This document shows, piece by piece, positions 25,802-64,000 of a stretch of 64,000 nucleotides of DNA (the first letter of the stretch is position 1; each line of letters starts with the position of its first letter). Made by a program: the position numbers and the translations under genes. The DNA lies in NCBI RefSeq assembly GCF_963921235.1, contig NC_086107.1, forward strand, positions 105,216,001 to 105,280,000, read 5' to 3'. The notes below the pieces were generated by a model, which worked only from the letters and a program-made list of their open reading frames with translations, was not told the DNA's origin and ran no database searches. The DNA comes from Mobula hypostoma. Its lineage: Eukaryota.

Positions 25802-26331
25802 ACGCTCAGTGCTACTTTATTAGCTACTTCCTATAGCTAATAAGCTGGCCACTGAGTGTACGTTTGTGGTTTTCTGCTGATGTAGTCCACCCGCTTCAAG
25901 GTTTGACGTGTTGTGCTCTTCTGCATACCGCTGTTGTAACATATGGTTATTTGAGTTACTGTTGCCTTCCTGTCAGCTTGTATCAGTCTGGTCATTCTCC
26001 TCTGACCTCTCTCATTAACAAGGCGTTTTTGCCCACACATGGCTGTATGTTTTTGTTTTTCACACTGTTCTCTGTAAACTCCAGAGACTGTTGCATGTGA
26101 AAACCCTAGGGCATCAGCAGTTTGAGATACTCAAACCACCCTATCTGGCACCAATAGTCACTTAGATTGCACTTCTTCCTCATTCTTATGTTTGGTTTGA
26201 ACAACAACTGAACCTCTTGGCCATGTCTGCATGCTTTTATGCGTTAAGTTGCTGACACATGACTGGCTGATTAGATATTTGCATTAACGTTCAAGTGTAG
26301 AAGTGTACCTCATAAAGTCGCCACTGAGTGT
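25802..26331 (-). mobile_element. Non-autonomous Tc1-like element (same family as 21725-22215)
   Basis: Reverse-complement similarity; ccactgagtgta termini. Confidence 0.8.
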
Positions 26332-27282
26332 ATTCTTGAATGCGGTGATAAAGTCTAATATTGACTTGTGCTCAGTATAATTTCCCATTCTGGTTTGTAA
26401 GGATCATGGACTCATCTCTATTCCTGGTTCAGCATCTGCTATACTGAATATTGGTTGTTATTTCTGTCCTTCTCAAAGTACAATGGTTGATGATCATCAT
26501 TATCACAAGCCTGGGCAGAAAGTGTGGAGATCCTGAGATGCCCAGTCATCAATATCCCCCTCTCGGCCTCACTGGTGTAGTCCAAAGGAAAGCTTATGAA
26601 GCAATACGTTTGGCACCAGCTTGGCAGCAGGAGCTGCTGGAAGGATGTTCAACGACATCCAGCTGCCTTAGGGGCTCTGCTCCAGATTTGCTGTCTGGGT
26701 TTACTTGTCTCTCCTGAGGTTGCCCACAAGGCAGTGGGGCTGTTTACCCCTAGCTGGGGATCTGGTTCGTGGGCACTGGGGTGTGTCCACACACCGGTGG
26801 GCCTGTGTGCTACGTGTGCAGGGTCCAGACCTCCTCCCCGTCCTCTGTAGTTCAGCCTGAGTCCGAAAGGAGTTCAGTTTCCGTGTGTCGACAGCGAGGT
26901 GGCACTGCGTGAGGCCTGTTGTTGGAGAGGCTATGTACTGGCAAGGAGAGTCTTATATGTTCAGCTCTCTTTTTGCAAGACTGCTAGCCAGCGGTTGAAG
27001 CTGAAAGTGAGAGCGACAAACACTACCCACTACACTACCACACTAGACGAATAGTCTACTGAATATTATATAACCCAATAACTGATCAGGATCCCTGCTT
27101 GAGCTCCGGGGTCTGTTATGTTGAGTAGTTCAGTTGAACCACACAGTGGCTACTGACTCAGTATACACATTGCAAATTCAGAGAGAGGTATAAATAAGCA
27201 TATCTTATTGAGAATATAAACCACACATAGAATTAAAATTCAAGCTTTGTTGCAAAATTAAATGGAGAGGTTGTATGAAAGT

Positions 27283-28480
27283 ACTTTATACTTTATACTT
27301 TATTGTCACCAAACAATTGGTATTAGAACGTACAATCGTCACAGCGATATTTGATTCTGTGCTTCCCACTTCCTGGATTACAAATATTAAAAATATTTAA
27401 AATAGTAAAAATTAGTAAATATTACAAATTTAAATTTATAAATCATAAATAGAAAATAGAAAAATGGAAAGTAAGGTACTGCAAAAAAACCGAGAGGCAG
27501 GTCCGGATATTTGGAGGGTACGGCCCAGATCCGGGTCAGGATCTATTCAGCAGTCTTATCACAGTTGGAAAGAAGTTGTTCCCAAATCTGGCGGTACAAG
27601 TCTTCAAGCTCCTGAGCCTTCTCCTGGAGGGAAGAGGGATAAAAAGTGTGTTGGCTGGGTGGGTGGTGTCCTTGATTATTCTGTCAGCACTGCTCTGACA
27701 GCGTGCGGTGTAAAGTGAGTCCAAGGACGGAAGATTGGTTTGTGTAATGTGCTGCGCCGTGTTCACGATCTTCTGCAGCTTCTTTCGGTCTTGGACAGGA
27801 CAACTTCCATTCCAGGTTGTGATGCACCCTAGAAGAATGCTTTCTACGGTGCATCTATAAAAATTAGTGAGGGTTTTAGGGGACAGGTCAAATTTCTTTA
27901 GTTTTCTCAGGAAGTAAAGGCGGTGGTGGGCCTTCTTGGCAGTGAACTCTGCTTGGTTGGACCAAGTCAGATCATTTGTGATATTGACCCCGAGGAACTT
28001 AAAGCTTTTGACCTGTTCCACTTGCGCACCAGCAATGTAAATGGGGTCGTGTGGTCCGCTACTCCTTCTGAAGTCAACAACCAATTCCTTCGTCTTGCTG
28101 ACATTGAGGGATAGGTAATTGTCTTCGCACCATGCCACCAGGTTCTTAGTTTCCTCTCTGTACTCAAACTCATCATTACCCGAGATACAGCCTACAATTG
28201 TTGTGTCATCAGCAAACTTATATATTGAGTTTGATGGAAACTTTGCTACACAATCATGGGTGTACAGTGAGTACAGCAGGGGGCTGAGTACACAGCCTTG
28301 TGGGGCACCGGTGCTCAGAGTGATTGTAGAGGAGAGCTTGTCCCCTATTTTTACAGTCTGGGTCCTGTTTGTGAGGAAGTTGAAGATCCAGCTGCAGATC
28401 TGAGTGCTAAGGCCCAGGTTCCGGAGCTTAGGAATCAGTTTATTTGGAATGATGGTAGTAAAGGCAGAGCTGTAGTCAAG
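27283..28480 (-). mobile_element. Young 5'-truncated Rex1/Babar LINE with an uninterrupted RT frame
   Basis: Open frame 28480->27536: [11 protein letters not shown]...[16 protein letters not shown]...KFADDTT...; (gtataaa)n tail. Confidence 0.9.
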
Positions 28481-28849
28481 TAGGAATTTAGTTGGGGAGG
28501 CACAGATGGCATTTTATCATAGCTTCTATTATACCATCTTTATCTCTGGGTTGATCACAAGGCGTCAGAGGGAGCTCTAGTGTAACAGTCTCCTGTTTTT
28601 ATTTTCAGATCATTATCGTTAGAAAACACTGACCCTGCTAGAGATTCAGGCCGACACCTTGACCAGAGATCTCCAACATTTATATGGTATAGGTAAAATT
28701 ATTGTCAATAAACCAATCAGTGATAATTCTAAACCCTACTGTAACTAAATGTCCACAAGCACACAGTCACTGCCTGTCATCTGCTTTTCTATTTATGATG
28801 TAATATTTAGTGTAGAAGTACATGTGGGGTATCACTGTGGTTCGGTGAT

Positions 28850-29290
28850 AGTCATCAGAACCAGGTTTAAATATGTTAGGAAGTTTGTTGTTTTTTGTGG
28901 CAGCAGTACAATGCAATGCATAATATTTTTTTAAAAACTGTGAATTACAGGAAGTGTATATATTAAATAGTTAAATTAAGTAAGTAGTGCAAAAAAAGTA
29001 GTGAGGTGATGTTCATGGGTTCATGGTCCATTCTGAAATCTGATGGCGGGGGGGAGGAACTATCCCTGAATTGTTGGGGATCCTGTATCTCCTTCCTGAT
29101 GGTAGCAATGAGAAGAGGGCATGTCCTTGGTGATGCAGGTTCTTAATGATGGATGCCACCTTTTAGAGGCATCACTCCTTGAAGATGTCCTGGATACTAC
29201 GGAGGCTAAGCTAGTGCCCATGATGGAGATGACTGAGTTCACAACTCTCTGCAGCTTCTTTTGATCTTGTGTGATAGCACCCCCATACCA
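28850..29290 (-). mobile_element. Rex1-like LINE 3' fragment
   Basis: WYGGAITQDQKKLQRVVNS. Confidence 0.65.
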
Positions 29291-29699
29291 GCGCCTCTTT
29301 TCCTGAACTTCTAGGGGACTCAACTGAACAAAAACAGATTACTGGAAATGCAGCAGGTCATGCAGAAAGGAAAATGCAGTTAACATTTTAGGTCAAGCAC
29401 ACTTCTCACCTGGGCTGGTACTGGCATCATGTACTGATAATGCAAGTGGAATATAAAAATCCTGTGGAATATTTTTGAAGATTATCAGGATTTTCAACAA
29501 GAACATTTCTTGAAAATGAGCATCTTATTGGTTTTAAGGAATCTATCTGTTTTTAGAAAGTTGTTATCTCAAATTGAACATGTCAGAACATTTAAAAGCG
29601 GTGTGAAACAGCCGATGATTATTCTAAGTGATGCAATAAACCATCATTTAAAATTTTTGAGTACCGAGTTGCAGCAAGGTTCAGTGTCCACTTGGCAGT

Positions 29700-29842
29700 G
29701 TGTCTGGAGTTCAGTGTCTGTATCATGGTGTGTCAGAACTTGGTGTCCATGTAACTGTGTGTCAGAGCCCGGTGTCTGCATGTCGGTGTGTCAGAACCCA
29801 GTGTCTGTGTGACGGTGTGTCAGAGCCCGGTGTCTCTGTGGC
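29700..29842. repeat. 29-bp minisatellite, about 4-5 units
   Basis: Repeated (g)gtgtgtcagarcccrgtgtctgyrtgwc. Confidence 0.85.
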
Positions 29843-31084
29843 GTCTTGGATCCATGCTGCATTATTCCTGATAATGTTCATGTTGCAGTGTGTCCGGCTG
29901 TGGCATCTGGGTATTGGCTTCTGTTAGTTATTTAACAGTGAATTGAGTTAGTGAGGTATAGCTGTTGAGTTGTGACCATCTATAGTCTAGGAAGTGTAGG
30001 TGCTTCATTGTGTCAGATAATAATGTTTATCAGCATGGATTGGAATATCTGTGCTGCCATTTGTAGCCCTCTGAACTGGAATGAATGGCTGCAACTCACA
30101 TTGCGTGGTAAGGTCTCATCAACTGCATCAAACCCCTAAGAGAGCTCCCTTTCCAAAAGAAAATTTGGGTCCCAAGTTATTGAGTAGCCCAAAGGATAGG
30201 TTTCAGCTCTGCTCAACTGTCGATTTCTGTCACTTCAATGCCTGAAAACTGCTGAAATTCAGTTATGTTTCCTTCATAGTCATAATTTTGATAGTAAGCA
30301 GAGTCAAATCCAGATCTTAAATGGATTAATCCACTTTACAAAATGAACCCCCATTGTAATTTTGAGAAAATAAGGTAATTGATAACAAACTGTAAGAATG
30401 CATCAGATAATTTGTCTCTTATAAAATGGAGCAAAAGATCTCTATGAAGTGCAGTGTAAGGACAAGTATACTGTTAATCATACATTCATGTTGTGCTCAA
30501 TATCATAATGTGACCAATGTAGTAACTTACCTCAAATTGTTTTATTGACATTATTTTTCAAGTAGCAATGGCAGCTAGTTCAATGATAATTTATAGTTTG
30601 GGCTAACAAATAACCAGCTTAAACTGAAGCTATCTTTGTCATATGATAATTTTCAACTATTCTCAGTTAATAGAACAGTACAACACAATTCAGGCCTTTT
30701 GGCCCATGGTGTTGTACTGACCTTTTATCCTATTTCTTGATCAATCTTAACGCTTCCCTCACATACAGCCTTACGTTTTACCTTCATTCATATGCCCATC
30801 TAAGAGTTTCTTAAATTTTACTAATGTACCTGTCTCTACTTTCACCCCTGGTACTCACCACTTTTTGTACCTACCTCCGACATCCTTCTATACTTTCCTC
30901 CAATAACCTTAAAATGATGCCGCCTTTTTAGTCATTTCCACCCTGGGAATAAGTCCCTGGCTATCCACTAATCTGTGCCTCTTATCTTTCTTATACTCCT
31001 CTATTAAGTCACCTCTCATCCTCCTTTACATCACAAAGAAATGCCCTAGCTCACTTAGTCTATTCTTATGGGCTGTATGCTGGT

Positions 31085-32290
31085 AAATCTCTTCTGAGTG
31101 TGGCTTCATCATGGCACAAAAGGAGGTCATGGACTGACATGTTTGAATGGGAATAGGAAGGGAATAAGAATTAAAATGGTTGACTATTGGGAAACGTAAA
31201 CACGAGGAATTCTGCAGATGCTGGAAATTCAAGCAACGCACATCAAAGTTGCTGGTGAACGCAGCAGGCCAGGCAGCATCTCTAGGAAGAGGTACAGTGG
31301 ACGTTTCGGGCTGAGATCTCGACCCAAAATGTCGACTATACCTCTTCCTAGAGATACTGCCTGGCCTGCTGTGTTCACCAGCAACTTTGATGTGTGTTGC
31401 TTGACTATTGGGAAATTCTGCTTTTGGCAGATGGAGCAGAGGTACTTGATAAAGTGGTCTCCCAATTTACAGCTTGTCTAACTAACGTAGATGAGACCAC
31501 ATTAGGAGCACCAGATACAATAGACGACCCCAGTAGATTCACAGGTGAAGTGTTGCCTCACTTCGAAAGACTGTTTGGGGCCCTGAATGGAGGAGAGGGA
31601 GGAGATAATTGGACAACTGTAGCACTTTGACTATTTGCAGGGATAAGTGCCGGGAGGGAAATTAGTGGGGAGGGATGAAAGGACAAGAGAATCACAGAGG
31701 GAGCAATTCCAGCAGAAAGTGGAGAGTAGGATGGGGAAGATAAAGATGTACTTGTGGTAGGATCCCTATGGAGATGTTGGATGTGGAGGCTCATAGGGTG
31801 GTAGGTTAGGACAAGAGGAACTCTTCACAGTTAAGGAACAGGAAGATGGGGTGAGCGCGGATTCTCAGTAAGTGGAAGATATGCGGGTGAGGGCGGCATC
31901 TATGCTGGAGGAAACAAAACCCTGTTCTTTGAAGAAGGAGGACATCTCTTATGACCTGGAAAGGAAAACCTCTTTCTGGGAGCAGATGCAGTGGAAATGA
32001 AGGAACTGAAAAAAAGGGAATAGCATTTTTACAGGAGACAGGGTGGGAAGAGGTATAGTCAAGATAGCCAAGGAAATCAGTAAGATTATAAAATATGTCA
32101 TTAAATAATTTGTCTCCAGAGATGGAGAGAAAGGAGAGGGGGAGGTGTTTGAAATGGACCAAGTGAGTTTAAGGACAGGGTGAAGTTGGAGGCAAAGTTG
32201 CTAAAAATTGTATGAGCTCAGCATGGGTGCATGAAGCAGCACCAATGCAGTCGTTAATGTAACGAAGGAAGAGTTGGTAAGCGTCACCAG
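31085..32290 (-). mobile_element. Older Penelope-like element (RT and endonuclease remnants)
   Basis: LRYINDCIGAASCTH, YLDYTSSHPVSCKNAIP, GDHF...PIVNHFNS. Confidence 0.8.
31195..31400. mobile_element. 206-bp fold-back Penelope pLTR insertion
   Basis: 15-bp TSD ttgactattgggaaa (31180-31194 / 31401-31415); palindrome centred on gagatctc (31313-31320). Confidence 0.9.
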
Positions 32291-32574
32291 GGAATGTTAA
32301 AATGAAATGTAGTTTTCCCTATGCCCTCACTGAAGTCCCAGAATGAATTAGTGATCCTGTTCTTAACTGGGGTCTCATGCAGTGAGGCCTCCCTCTACTC
32401 TACATTCTGATTACATTAAAAATGCTTAGGGTCTATATCCTTGTCACCAGAAATCACATGCCAATATATTTCAGCTAAAGGTTCATTTATTATCAAAGTA
32501 TACAGTTCTGAAATTCTTCGATTCTCTGGGTAGCCATGAAACCAGGAAAGAAATGAAAGGCAGCACAATCGTCA

Positions 32575-32790
32575 AACCCTAAATTCCACCTCCCCTAAAA
32601 AAAATGGAACAGACACATCAAGCCCCAAATCTCTCTCCCACATAAAAACAGAGCAAAACGAATCAGGCACATGGACCCTTCCCCAAATTCCTCCTCCCGA
32701 ACCAAAAAAACAAGCAAAATGGATCGGGCACATTGACCCCCAAATCCCTCATCCTGCACAAAAAAAAACGAACAAAACAGATCAGCATCT
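32575..32790. repeat. ~58-bp imperfect tandem repeat (about 4 units) within a retroelement tail
   Basis: Repeated cccaaatyyctcytcccgcacaaaaaaacgagcaaaacggatcrggcacat-like units. Confidence 0.6.
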
Positions 32791-33282
32791 TTGTGATGGA
32801 GCCTGCTGGTTAGTGATTATATCTGTCCAGTCTGAAAAGAAGCTTAATGGTCAGCTTCTGCAGCATTAACTTCCGGATGAGCTGACCCTTTGTCAGACTT
32901 TCGTATTTTTTGTTATAGTGTGTCAAATGGTTGGCATTTACAAAATATCGGGTTGTGATTCTTCAAATATGTTTGCCTATCAGATGTAGGTGTCAGTTTT
33001 TAATCTGGGTTATGGTGAATTGGGTAGTGATATGCAGATAGTTAAGCAAAGGTGACTCTGTTAATGAATGTGTCACACTATGACTGTTGCAGTGTATCGG
33101 GTTGAAACATATTACAGTGTATTGAGCCGAGAGTCAGTTACAGCACATGGGTTATGTACTTGATTACATCTCAGACTGTTAGTTACCTCTTATGGTTTCT
33201 CCTGTGTGTTTCATCCTGATCACTGTCTTTTATGGTCTGTAAAGTTGCTGACCGTAATTTCTCTCTTGCAGCGCACTGGAGC

Positions 33283-33300
33283 ATGGTTTTAAGGCACTGA
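33283..33300 (+). promoter_or_regulatory. Upstream ORF MVLRH* in the CNOT3 5'UTR
   Basis: ATG GTT TTA AGG CAC TGA within the exon starting at 33272; A at -3 and G at +4. Confidence 0.7.
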
Positions 33301-33314
33301 CTGATCGTTCAGTC

Positions 33315-60031
<26,717 letters not shown>

Positions 60032-61249
60032 GTCAGTCTGCTTTCTGTGCACGCAAATTGCACACTGTTGTAATGAATGTGTGTCGTCAAATTCAGCTCG
60101 GGTGCCAGCTTGTACAATGCATAAAAACTGCACGTTATTGCAGACTGGGACATCCATACTAAAATTCACTTTGAGAAAATGTCAAATGTGTTTGTCTTCT
60201 GCAGCCTGAGATTTATTTCTTCCACGTACATCGAAACATGCAGTGAAATGTGTCATTTGCATTGATAGCTAGCACTGCCTAAGGAAGTGCTGGGGGTAGT
60301 CCTAAGTGTCGCCACGCATTCCAGCGTCAACATAGCATACCCACAATTCCTTGTCAGTTTCTCACTCTAAAAGGATGGTAGCTTTTCCCCCTCTGGGACA
60401 GCTCCTTCACTGGATGCTAAAAGAGCCACATTCTCCCTCTGTCCTTGAGGAAAATAATCTGTCTTTCATTTTCTACCTGCGATGGACTTGAAGTTTGCAG
60501 TGCCGGGAATTGTAGCTCACACTGTCAGGGATCTCACTATCTTGTCAGGTTCCATTTTCTCTCTTTGACTTTGAAATTAAACCCATATTAAGTGAAGTAC
60601 TGTAGACGCTGGAAGTCTGAAGTGGCTGGTTGAAATATTGGGTTCATACCAGCTCCATGTGCAAGCAATCCAGCAATTCCTACTTCTCTGCCAAGCTTAG
60701 CAAATTCTTTCCTTTCAGATGTTTACTTAGCTCCTTTTTATCACAAATGTAATATATCATTACATTTAGGCAGGATTCTGACTTGGAGTTGTTCAGTGAT
60801 AATCCTGCAGGTAGTAACTTCATACCACTTGCTCTTTAACCATTTTCCAAATCTGCTCCGGTATTTCTCTGCTAGTTCATTCCACACCATAACCATTCAT
60901 TGGTTTAAAACAAAATCTTCCTGTCACTTTGGGTTCTTTATTCAACAGTTTTTGATCCTTCTGCCAGTGGGATCAATGTCTTTAACATTTTATAGTTAAA
61001 CATTTCATGTTTTTATGTTCTTTCGATTTAGAGGAGAAGGCCCAGGCTTCTGTCTCTCCACATAATTGAAATCCCTCATTCATGGAATCTTTAAGGTCAT
61101 ACGTTTCCGCTAATATTGGCATCCAAAGCTCAGTGCGCCATCACGATTCTGGTCGAACCAGTGAAGGTTCTTCATAACGTTATTGCTTTTGTACTCTATG
61201 CCTTTGTTTTGAATGCTCAGTATTCTTTCTGCTTTTTTTAAACAACTTG

Positions 61250-62310
61250 ACCATTAGACACGAGCAGAATTAGGCCATTCAGCCCATCAAGTCCGCTCCA
61301 TTTCATCATGGCTGATCCCGGATCCCATTCAACCCCATACACCTGCCCTCTCACAATATCCCTTGATGCCCCGACCAATCAGAAATCTATCAACTTCTGC
61401 TTTAAATATACCCATAGACTTGTCCTCCACCTGCAGTCTGTGGCAGCGTTCCACAGATTCACCACTCTTTGGCTAAAACAAAAATTCCCCCTTGTGATTT
61501 AAAAGGCTGCCCTTCAATTTTGAGGCTGTGTCCTCTAGTTCTGGATACTCCCACCAGAGGAAATAGCCTCTCTGCATCCACCTTATCTAATCCTTTCAAC
61601 GTTGGTAAGTTTCAATGAGATCCCCAGGCATTCTTTTTCTTTTAAGTTTCAGTGAGTACAGGCCCAAAGCTGTCAAACACTCCTTGTATGCCAACCCCTT
61701 CATTCCTGGAATCATCCTTGTGAACCTCCTCTGGACTCTTTCCAATGACAATACTTCCTTTTTGAGATGAGGAACCCAAGTCTGTTGACAATTCTCCAAG
61801 TGCGGCCTTACTAGTGTCTTATAAAGCTTCAGCATTATTTCCTTGTTTTTATATTCTACTCCCCTTGAAATAAACGCTAACATTGCATTTGCCGCCTTTA
61901 TCACAGACTCATCCTGTGAATTAACTTTCTGCGATTCTTGCACGAGGACTCCTAAGTTCCTTTGCATCTCTGATGCTTGAATTTTTCCTCATTTAGATAA
62001 TAGTCTGCACTGTTGTTCCTTTTACCAAAATGCATTATCATACATTTCCCAGCAATGTATTCCATCTGCCACTTTTTTATTCCTCATTCTTCCAACTTGT
62101 CTAGGTCTTGCTGCAATCGCGTGGCTTCCTCAGCACTACCTACCCTTCCACCTATCTTCATATCAACCACAAACTTTGCCACAAAGCCATCAATTCTACT
62201 ATCTAAATCATTGACAATGTAAAAAGTAGCGGTCCCAATACTGATCTTGGGGGAACACCACTAGTCACTGGCAGCCAACTAGAAAAGCCCCCCTTTATTC
62301 CCTCTCACTG
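61250..62310 (-). mobile_element. CR1 LINE 3' fragment
   Basis: ORF 61596..61967: LYKTLVRPHLENC...LERVQRRFTRMIPG. Confidence 0.85.
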
Positions 62311-63524
62311 TGCTTCTGTCAAGCTTGGTCAAGTTGTATTGCTGTCTTCATGAGCAATCTTCTAGGATTGTGCCCCCAGTCCCCTGCTTGTATTCTGCTT
62401 TTCCTACCAAGATGTGGCACTTCAAATTTCTTGGCATTACTTCTTAGTTTTATTTCGGTAGTACGGACCCCTTGGGGATCTCACTGTGCACTTCTCTCAA
62501 GCTTTAAGTCAGACTTTCATTATTGACTTTTCCTATACTTTAGGCAGTTTTGTGCTGCAGCTGCCTTTATTCTATGGTGTTATATGATCTGTTTTTACCA
62601 TAAGCCCAGTAAGTGCACCATATCACAGGCATTTTGGTGGGTGGTCTATATATAACACACAAACTGCATTTCCTTCAATGGCATTTACTTCATTAATAAA
62701 GTTAATTAAACACTCTTTATCTTTAACAGTCTGTACTAGCTTTCTGTTAGTCCGCACTTGTCCAAGTGACAACTAATTTGGTTCCCGATTATATTTCCTG
62801 AACTTTTCCCACAACCAAGATTAGACTGATCTTGTTCCTGGGTTTGTATTTATACCATTTTGTTTGAATGTGAGTGTACTGTTGCACCACCCCAATTGGA
62901 TGGTTATGGTCAAGTCCTTTGCAGTTTCCTCTCTTAGCAACTGAGGATATGTTGCTTCTGGGCCGAATGATTTATTCACTGCAGCTGCCATTTCTGGTCT
63001 CTCCTTTAGCAATTCTTGACCCATTCAGAATCACAGCAGTATCTTGCTTAGAGATTCCAACAATTTCTTCTTTAAGGTTCATTTGTTTTCTTAACCGTGC
63101 TCTCTACCTTTGAATTAGATTTCTGATTTAGTCTCTGATCAGTCTTGCCTCCCCGTTTACAATACATTTCCTGTTCATGTGCTAGTAGAATATTTTTGGA
63201 CTTTCTTTTACTTCCATTGTTGCTTCTTTTCCGTTTCCTTTGCCTCTCACTTCAATTTTCACTTCTCTTCTGAGCTTCATGTCATCAGCCTCATTCCTGG
63301 CTGTGTTTACAGCCTATCATCTATCATGTGCTGTTTTTTCCTGTTCTGTTTTCAACCTTATTTTTGTCGTCCATAACTTTTAATTTCTTGACTGTTCCTT
63401 CGTGGGAATGTGCCGACACTCAAGATAAAGGCCTTCTGTGATTCAATTAGTTTTGATTGCCTAGCTTTGACTCTAATTTACCCAGGCAGGCTTTTTCTCT
63501 TATGACTATTTTTACCTTTGGTCT

Positions 63525-63757
63525 ATAGCGGTTAGAGTGATGCTATTACATCTTGGGCGTTGGAGTTCGGAGTTCAATCTGTAAGGGGTTTGTACGTCCT
63601 CCCCGGAATACATTGGTTTCCTCCCACAGTCCAAAGATGTACCATTTAGTAGGTTATTTGGTCATTATAATTTGTCCTGTGATTAGGCTAAAGATTAAAT
63701 TGGTTGGTTGCTGGCGGCGCAGCTCAAAGGGCCTATTCCGTCCTAAATCTCTAGATA
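63525..63757 (+). mobile_element. V-SINE (HE1-like)
   Basis: ggtttcctcccacagtccaaaga core. Confidence 0.7.
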
Positions 63758-64000
63758 AAAGGTTTCAAACATATGTGCCCATTAGTGTGCCCACTAGCAA
63801 GTCTGTATCTGGATATCTGAAGTTCCCAGTTATAGTCACTGCTTTAGTTTTGCACATTTCTTCAAATTTGCCTCTCCATATAAACATATAGCAAGCATCT
63901 ATTAGATCGTGCATTGATTGTGGTTAATAAATACTATTTCAGTTTGATATAAGAATGTGATTTGGTAGAATGTGTATTTGGGAACATAGTGGGGGAAGTT

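Noticed and set aside
29700..29842. CRISPR-like ~29-bp repeats
   Set aside because: Head-to-tail units with no unique spacers, no cas genes, eukaryotic context.
60032..64000. Further CNOT3 exons (rest of linker, NOT box)
   Set aside because: No matching coding sequence found; mostly CR1 and SINE. The gene probably continues beyond the window.

Overview
Eukaryotic, repeat-rich vertebrate genomic DNA. The repeat content (HE1/V-SINE-like SINEs, DeuSINE-like SINEs, CR1, Rex1/Babar, RTE and abundant Penelope-like elements) points to a cartilaginous fish, probably a ray; this is an inference. One protein-coding gene is visible: the 5' part of a CNOT3 (CCR4-NOT subunit 3, Not3/Not5 family) gene on the + strand. 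It has ten GT-AG coding exons from the ATG at 33315 to 60031 (900 nt, 300 codons) and continues beyond the window. No CpG-island promoter is visible, so bases 1-33271 are intron 1 and/or upstream DNA. The most notable points are: (1) the CNOT3 protein is unusually divergent and carries an extra 120-nt intron creating a 27-nt microexon, suggesting a separate, possibly chondrichthyan-retained paralog; (2) a strong-context uORF sits just before the start codon, and there is an in-frame alternative acceptor; (3) many minimal hammerhead ribozyme motifs lie in Penelope pseudo-LTRs, several in fold-back arrangements, including a near-perfect loopless hairpin; (4) deeply nested transposons with readable TSDs (Harbinger in Penelope, MITE in a 6-bp-TSD hAT, CR1 and a non-autonomous element in Rex1). 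Most ORF-track entries are spurious or TE-derived. Comparisons with human and invertebrate sequences are from memory and need checking by alignment.
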